This document shows, in pieces, positions 26,621 through 32,000 of a DNA stretch of 32,000 bases. Numbering within the stretch: position 1 is the stretch's first letter; every line of letters starts with the position of its first letter. The translations under genes and the position numbers were made by a program. Source of the DNA: Desulfocapsa sulfexigens DSM 10523 (lineage in GTDB: Bacteria > Desulfobacterota > Desulfobulbia > Desulfobulbales > Desulfocapsaceae); assembly GCF_000341395.1 (NCBI RefSeq), contig NC_020304.1:2340001-2372000 (forward strand), written 5' to 3'. The notes below the pieces were generated by a model. It was not told where the DNA came from. It saw only the letters and a list, made by a program, of their open reading frames with translations, and did no database searches.

Positions 26621-28765
26621 TTAACTGGGAGAATTTAACCATTTGTCCAGCATATTAAAAACAATGTCTCTTTTGATTGGTTTAGTTATGTAATCATTCA
26701 TGCCTGCCTCAAGGCAGAGTTCGCGATCGCCTTTCATGGCATTGGCGGTCATGGCCAGGATAGGAATGCTGGTATATCCCAGTTTGCGAATCTGCCGGGT
26801 GGCTTCATATCCATCCATTTCCGGCATCTGCACATCCATAAGGATGGTGTCAAACAAGTCCGGGGTGCTGCTGAACATATCAACCGCAATCTTTCCATTG
26901 GCAGCAACTTCAACGTTGTATCCGGCCTTGGTCAGGATCATGCTTGCAAGCTTCTGATTGACCAGATTATCCTCAACAAGAAGAATCCTGATCGATTGCT
27001 TTATTTCTTCCCGCACTGAATACTGAGTCACCAGTTTCTTTTCTGCTGCAGGATCAATTTCATCTCCGCCTGTGCCGAGGGTTCTTGAAAGGGTGCGGAG
27101 CAGGATGGCTCGTCGCGCCGGTTTGTTGAGGAATGCCGTAAACCCGGCATCCTTACACTTTTTAGCAATTTTTTCCGTTGATGAGGTGTAGGCAAGAAAA
27201 GGGATATCTCTACTTTTAAGGTTTGACTCCCTGATTATCCTGGCCAGTTCAAATCCCGTGATGGTCGGCATCTGGAGGTCAATTATGGCAAGGTCAAAGG
27301 GGGCACCACACTCTTCTGCTTCCTTCAGAGTTGCCATGGTTTGCGTTTCATCAAGCAGGGCAGTGGTTTTGATACCAGCATTATTGAGAAGGTGAACGAG
27401 GATTTCATTGTTTGCTGCATTATCATCCACAATAAGCATTCTGGTCCCCTCAAGATCCAGTTGTTTGAGCGTTTTTGCACGTGAAATTGATGACTTCCGC
27501 ATCATTGCGGTGAAGTGGAAGGTGGATCCTTTTCCCTTGGTACTTTCTACCCAGACCCTTCCATCCATTAAAGAGGCGATCTTACGGCATATTGAAAGTC
27601 CAAGGCCGGTTCCTCCGTATTTTCGGGTGGTGGTGCCGTCTTCCTGTTTGAATGCTTCAAAGATCGACTCACATTTCGAGGAATCGATTCCGATCCCGGT
27701 ATCACGGATAAGAGCGTGAAGTTTGATGTTTTTGTCGTCTTCCTCCTCCACATTGATGGTTAGTTCAAGTTCACCTTTTTCAGTGAATTTTGCAGAGTTT
27801 CCAAGGAGGTTGAGCAGAACCTGGCGGAACCGGCCAGGGTCGCCACAGACATTTGCGGGCAGGTTGTCGTCGATTTTACAAAGTACTTCTATAGGTTTAC
27901 CTGAGACACGTGGTCGCACCAGTTCACAGACGTCATGGGCTGTGATTTCAGGATCAAAATCGATATATTCAAGACTCATCTGTCCGGCCTCAACTTTTGA
28001 GAAGTCGAGAATGTCATTAATAAGGCCGAGGAGTGCTTCCCCGCTTCGTTTGATTGTTTCTGCACTGTCCCGCTGCTCTTCGTCAAGTTCGGTTTGCAGG
28101 AGCATTTCGGTGAATCCAATAACGCCGTTCATTGGTGTCCTGATTTCATGACTCATGGAGGCAAGGAATTCACTTTTGGCAACGGAAGCCGATTCAGCTG
28201 CAACCTTGGCTTTGCGTAACTCTTTTGTCTGGAGTTCTATTTCTGTTTGCAGGGTCTTTGAATAATTTTCCTGCTGCTCTTGGATAATCCGATAACTTTT
28301 TTCGTTATCTTCGAGTGTGGCCTGGTATTTTGCTTCAAGAACTGAAAACTTACGATCAAACTGTTTTTTCTGGATTTCCAGTTTTTTCTGAGCCGCTACT
28401 GTTTTCTGGTGGCCTCCAAAGAGCCTGCAACAGAACTGGATATTGTCGATACATGTATCATCCGTGTGCGTGGGACAGGTGAAGTACAGGGTGGCCTTTA
28501 TTTCTGGAAGAGCTATGGCCGACCAGTTGTTGTCCTCTGTACTGACAACTGCGTATTCCTCCCTGTTCTCTTGCAGCAGTTTCTGGAGTTTCTCGCTAAT
28601 GGAAGTATCTGGAGCAGAGCCGCTCTTTTTACTGTGTGTTTGGCCCTTGTTGTCGATGCAGATAGCGAAACAATTGGGTACGGAAATGAAAAGGAGGTGC
28701 AGCAGTTCATTGATTTCCTTCTCGTACGAGCTGACTGTGTCAAAAATAGAGAAATTATCAGTCAT
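26621..28765 (-). CDS. Cytoplasmic hybrid histidine kinase with two C-terminal receiver domains
   Basis: '[24 protein letters not shown]', '[23 protein letters not shown]', receivers '[15 protein letters not shown]...[13 protein letters not shown]' and '[15 protein letters not shown]...[13 protein letters not shown]'. Confidence 0.95.
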   Translation of the reverse strand: MTDNFSIFDTVSSYEKEINELLHLLFISVPNCFAICIDNKGQTHSKKSGSAPDTSISEKLQKLLQENREEYAVVSTEDNNWSAIALPEIKATLYFTCPTHTDDTCIDNIQFCCRLFGGHQKTVAAQKKLEIQKKQFDRKFSVLEAKYQATLEDNEKSYRIIQEQQENYSKTLQTEIELQTKELRKAKVAAESASVAKSEFLASMSHEIRTPMNGVIGFTEMLLQTELDEEQRDSAETIKRSGEALLGLINDILDFSKVEAGQMSLEYIDFDPEITAHDVCELVRPRVSGKPIEVLCKIDDNLPANVCGDPGRFRQVLLNLLGNSAKFTEKGELELTINVEEEDDKNIKLHALIRDTGIGIDSSKCESIFEAFKQEDGTTTRKYGGTGLGLSICRKIASLMDGRVWVESTKGKGSTFHFTAMMRKSSISRAKTLKQLDLEGTRMLIVDDNAANNEILVHLLNNAGIKTTALLDETQTMATLKEAEECGAPFDLAIIDLQMPTITGFELARIIRESNLKSRDIPFLAYTSSTEKIAKKCKDAGFTAFLNKPARRAILLRTLSRTLGTGGDEIDPAAEKKLVTQYSVREEIKQSIRILLVEDNLVNQKLASMILTKAGYNVEVAANGKIAVDMFSSTPDLFDTILMDVQMPEMDGYEATRQIRKLGYTSIPILAMTANAMKGDRELCLEAGMNDYITKPIKRDIVFNMLDKWLNSPS

Positions 28766-28773
28766 GAAAATTC

Positions 28774-29613
28774 CTAGCCTCCGTAGAGGTCCTGGGCCTT
28801 ACTCATTTCTTCGGGGAGATCTTCAATGAGTACTTTGTATTCGTCCATGTTATCCTGCATGTGAATAACAAGATGAGAGGGAAGTTTCGGAGTAATGTTG
28901 GAGAGGGCTGTGTAGCCAAGTTGGCCGGTGATATATTCGGCAATCTGGATGATTCCGGTCAGGCTTGAGGGGGCGAAATCGCCACTTTCGAGGTGGTGGT
29001 CGCGGATGGCTTCCTGGATGGTTTCTGGCATTTCCCAGTCAATGGTAAGCTGGTACCCTATTTCACAGTGATCGGTCCCCATATGCTCCTGTTCATGACT
29101 GGTGAGAGAATCTCCGTCTTCACAGGCATCACAGGCGGCAAAGAAATTCTTCGGATCAACCTGTGATTCGACGATAAGCCCAAAGTCATGCAGAATTCCA
29201 CAGAGATACGCATCATCCCCGTTTGCTCCAAAAATTCTTTCAGCAATCATCTTGGCGCAGATGGAAACAGCAGCACAGTGCAACCAGAGTTTCTCCCTGG
29301 AGAAGGACTGTGATTGTCCCTTCTCCTGGAAAATACTTTTCAGAGCATCGGTTACTGCCAGGTTGTGAAGATTTTTCATACCCAGGTAAGCAACAGCTCT
29401 ACCGATGGAGTCAACCCTCTGAGAGAGACCATAGAAAGGTGAGTTGACAAGTCGCAACAGGCGTACTACCAGAACGGGATCCATCTTGATGACATCTTCA
29501 AAATCCTTCATTGTGGAATTTTCGTCTGCAATGAGGCGGGACAGGTTTGTTACCACATGAGGAAGTGTTTTAATGTCTTTGAATTTTCTAATGAACTTCT
29601 TTGCTTTTGACAT
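28774..29613 (-). CDS. HDOD-domain signalling protein
   Basis: '[72 protein letters not shown]...' and '[12 protein letters not shown]'. Confidence 0.93.
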   Translation of the reverse strand: MSKAKKFIRKFKDIKTLPHVVTNLSRLIADENSTMKDFEDVIKMDPVLVVRLLRLVNSPFYGLSQRVDSIGRAVAYLGMKNLHNLAVTDALKSIFQEKGQSQSFSREKLWLHCAAVSICAKMIAERIFGANGDDAYLCGILHDFGLIVESQVDPKNFFAACDACEDGDSLTSHEQEHMGTDHCEIGYQLTIDWEMPETIQEAIRDHHLESGDFAPSSLTGIIQIAEYITGQLGYTALSNITPKLPSHLVIHMQDNMDEYKVLIEDLPEEMSKAQDLYGG

Positions 29614-29636
29614 ATATAACCTATTATTTTGGGAAA

Positions 29637-30062
29637 TTAATCAGCCATTATCTCCTTCTTGGTGATCGCTTCCGCCTTGACCCGGTCAAGCAGCTCTGCC
29701 AGTACCGGTTTGATGTTTTCACGAATATCCCCTGCGACAATGAGGTAGAGCAGGTCGTCACCCGGGAGGAAGCGTCCGCTGAGAGCTTCTGTGACAATGT
29801 CAAATATTCCTTCACGCTTGAGAAATTCCTGGCGAATGGCCTCGATTTTTTCAAGATCCGGTGTGACTTCAAGGGCCACAACGGTTTTTTTGTTGTTGGC
29901 ACGTGACCAGGCGCGTACGGTGCCATTATGTATGAGGATCATCCCAACATTTTCATTAAAACCGGGTTGTTGTTTCATCTCTGCAATACGTTTTGAAATA
30001 TCCAATGTGGACTCCTTTTGCGTTGATATATTGTGAGTAAAAGCTTTTGTGATTGATTGCAT
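29637..30062 (-). CDS. MoaE-like protein (molybdopterin synthase catalytic subunit family)
   Basis: From ATG 30062: 'NVGMILIHNGTVRAWSR...VVALEVTPDLEKIEAIRQEFLKREGIFDIVTEALSGRFLPGDDLLYLIVAGDIRENIKPVLAELLDRVKAEAITKKE'. C-terminal Lys spacing resembles MoaE. TGATG junction with upstream gene. Confidence 0.75.
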   Translation of the reverse strand: MQSITKAFTHNISTQKESTLDISKRIAEMKQQPGFNENVGMILIHNGTVRAWSRANNKKTVVALEVTPDLEKIEAIRQEFLKREGIFDIVTEALSGRFLPGDDLLYLIVAGDIRENIKPVLAELLDRVKAEAITKKEIMAD

Positions 30063-31984
30063 CAAATAGCCTTCACTATCGGAATTGTCAATCGTTGTGA
30101 AGATTGAAGACTGCTGAAATCGAGGTTTGCGTTGTATTTCTTTAATAGCCAGAGTGGGAGGTCGAATTTTTTTGTGCAAATTTCCCAAACAGTATCACCT
30201 TTTTTTACCGTATATGAACTGACTCCGACAATTTTGTAGGCACTAAAGAAATCTTCCTCAGTTTCCAGGTGAAAGTCAAATCGTTTTTCTTCAAATTGTT
30301 TGGCTGAGACATTATTTAAGAGAATTTTAATATCCTCGTCGGGGTGAAGTTCCCGGTTGTGAGAGAAGTTGTTTAAGTTGCGAAGCTCAGTTGCTGATAC
30401 TTGGAGCCAGTCGGCAAGGAGTTTTAGTGATTCCTCGGGGAAGACTGTTATTGTTCCCAGGGTTGTGGCGTTTGTTCTCAATATGTTTCGGACACCCAGA
30501 GAGCCCAAAACTACGCTTCGGGCTCTCTGGATATTAAGCCATTGAGGTTTTTGTTTTTTCTCGTCGGCTAGTAATGGCAGTGTCCTTGAAGCATCTACTG
30601 CGATTCTGGTTTTAGCGGGTTGATTAAATGTTTTTTGCTTTTGGGGCCGGATGGCCTGTGATGATTTTGAGGAGCTGTCAGGGATACGCAGGTTCTGTCC
30701 AACAAAAATGGCTGCGTTTTTATCAAGATTGTTGGCATGGCGTAGCGACTTGAGGCTGACCTTATACTTCTGTGCAATTTTTCCAGCGCTGTCGCCTGCT
30801 TTCACCCGGTGGAAGTTTGTTGGTTTTTGTTTTCCATGATAAATATGGGGAGGAATCTTAGCGATGAGACTTTTGTGTCGACTGGTGTATGGGAGGTGCA
30901 GGGTGTAGCCCTTGGGAATATACTTGTTTCCCTGGAAAACGGAGCGCCTGAGGGCAGGGTTGAATTGTTTGAGGGTTTGCTCGGAAATGTTAAAATGACT
31001 CAGTATATCCTGGGCAGAGATGTATGCGGGAAGGGTATACTTCAAGCTTGAACGAGGCGCCTTACGTTGAATGGCTGGATCTTTCTCAAGCCTTTTAGCT
31101 ACCTGAACAGCAGCAAGAAATTCGGAGTAAAAATTTCGTGATGCAAATTTGAAATACCCCTGTTCATAGTCTGAAAAAATTTTTTCATAGCCAGAATGGG
31201 CTTTTTGGGCTCGAAGCATTCCTGCCGGGCCATAGTTGTATGCGGTGATTGCCAGTGGCCAGTTGCCGAGGAGTTTATAGTTGTTTTTGAGGAATGTGGC
31301 AGCAGCATGGCTTGCAAGAATGGGATCCTGTCTTTCATCAACAGCATAGTCGATGTTGAGAAACTGTTCTCCCGTGGAGCGTGTGAATTGCCAAATCCCG
31401 GAGGCCCCGAATTTAGAATAGGCATTGATGTTAAATGACGATTCCACATGGGGAAGATAGGCAAGATCCAGAGGAAGACCCTGGCGTGAAAAGATGCTTT
31501 TGATCTCATCCATGTATGCTCCTGATTGAATAACACCATCAAGGAATCGATCTTTCTGGCCTATCTGAACCCGGACAGATGATGCCGCAGTTTTAAAACG
31601 CGCAGGATTGCTTGTCCCGAAGAGGGAGGCAACTCTTTTTTCCTCTCTGGTCTGTGGCTGTATGCCCTGTGCCAGTTTGGTCAGGATTTGAGTATATTTG
31701 TTTTTAATACCCTTGAAAATCGGTTGGTTGACTTTGGAGGCACCGGGCAGGCGATGGCTGAATATCGGGAGTACCTCGTAGATAATACTAAGGTCGTTGG
31801 AGTCGTGAATTACCGCTTGACTGGTGGAATACTCACTGTAGATTTTGTCCCAGAAACGGACATTTTTGGCAATAACCGGGTAGTGGGGAAAAGGGGTAGC
31901 GCCAAAAATGGGTGCTGGGCAGAGGAACAGAAAAAAGAGCAGACCGACAGGCAGGAGGCGTAATTGTGGCGAGCTTGAGATCAT
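30062..31984 (-). CDS. Exported LysM-containing membrane-bound lytic murein transglycosylase, MltD-like
   Basis: Signal peptide, SLT core 'GLPLDLAYLPHVESSFNINAYSKFGASGIWQFTRSTGEQF...ERQDPILASHAAATFL...NWPLAITAYNYGPAGM', C-terminal LysM units 'HRVKAGDSAGKIAQKYKVSLKSLRHAN' and 'YTVKKGDTVWEICTKKFDLPLWLLKKYN'. Confidence 0.93.
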   Translation of the reverse strand: MISSSPQLRLLPVGLLFFLFLCPAPIFGATPFPHYPVIAKNVRFWDKIYSEYSTSQAVIHDSNDLSIIYEVLPIFSHRLPGASKVNQPIFKGIKNKYTQILTKLAQGIQPQTREEKRVASLFGTSNPARFKTAASSVRVQIGQKDRFLDGVIQSGAYMDEIKSIFSRQGLPLDLAYLPHVESSFNINAYSKFGASGIWQFTRSTGEQFLNIDYAVDERQDPILASHAAATFLKNNYKLLGNWPLAITAYNYGPAGMLRAQKAHSGYEKIFSDYEQGYFKFASRNFYSEFLAAVQVAKRLEKDPAIQRKAPRSSLKYTLPAYISAQDILSHFNISEQTLKQFNPALRRSVFQGNKYIPKGYTLHLPYTSRHKSLIAKIPPHIYHGKQKPTNFHRVKAGDSAGKIAQKYKVSLKSLRHANNLDKNAAIFVGQNLRIPDSSSKSSQAIRPQKQKTFNQPAKTRIAVDASRTLPLLADEKKQKPQWLNIQRARSVVLGSLGVRNILRTNATTLGTITVFPEESLKLLADWLQVSATELRNLNNFSHNRELHPDEDIKILLNNVSAKQFEEKRFDFHLETEEDFFSAYKIVGVSSYTVKKGDTVWEICTKKFDLPLWLLKKYNANLDFSSLQSSQRLTIPIVKAI

Positions 31985-32000
31985 TGTGAAAATAGCTTTA

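Noticed and set aside
1-32000. CRISPR arrays, IS elements, prophage, retrons, or a defence island
   Set aside because: Reading the window gave no regularly spaced repeats, transposase, integrase, reverse transcriptase or Cas-like proteins.

Overview
The window looks like a chromosomal segment from an anaerobic, Desulfobulbaceae-like Desulfobacterota bacterium; that taxonomic guess comes from protein flavour only. It contains: a probable ispG 3' end, proS and a long RelA/SpoT homologue; a Phd/YefM-type antitoxin without a visible toxin plus a zinc-ribbon/Smr protein; a Mip-like FKBP and a 44-aa Cys/Lys-rich micro-ORF missing from the supplied ORF track; a 2x[4Fe-4S] nitroreductase; a minus-strand set crcB / lptG / Cys-rich unknown / small BadF-BcrD-like ASKHA protein; a RACo-like ASKHA protein without an N-terminal [2Fe-2S] domain; a DHH phosphoesterase; two ATGA-coupled ADP-glucose pyrophosphorylase paralogues, the first lacking the canonical nucleotide-binding motif; and tRNA-Arg(CCT). 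The remainder is a dense signalling region: diguanylate cyclase, sigma54-activator response regulator, a small alpha/beta hypothetical, a PhnD-like lipoprotein, two hybrid histidine kinases and an HDOD protein, interspersed with a nitroreductase, a reverse-type rubrerythrin, a BrkB/YihY protein, a MoaE-like protein and a LysM transglycosylase. I see no CRISPR array, prophage, transposon or obvious defence island. The best candidates for something under-described are the divergent ASKHA/Cys-rich pair beside a Fe-S-less RACo homologue, the minus-strand sensory locus, the GlgC pair with one apparently non-catalytic member, the RSH with a degenerate HD motif, and the Cys/Lys micro-protein. None can be shown to be a new system from sequence alone.
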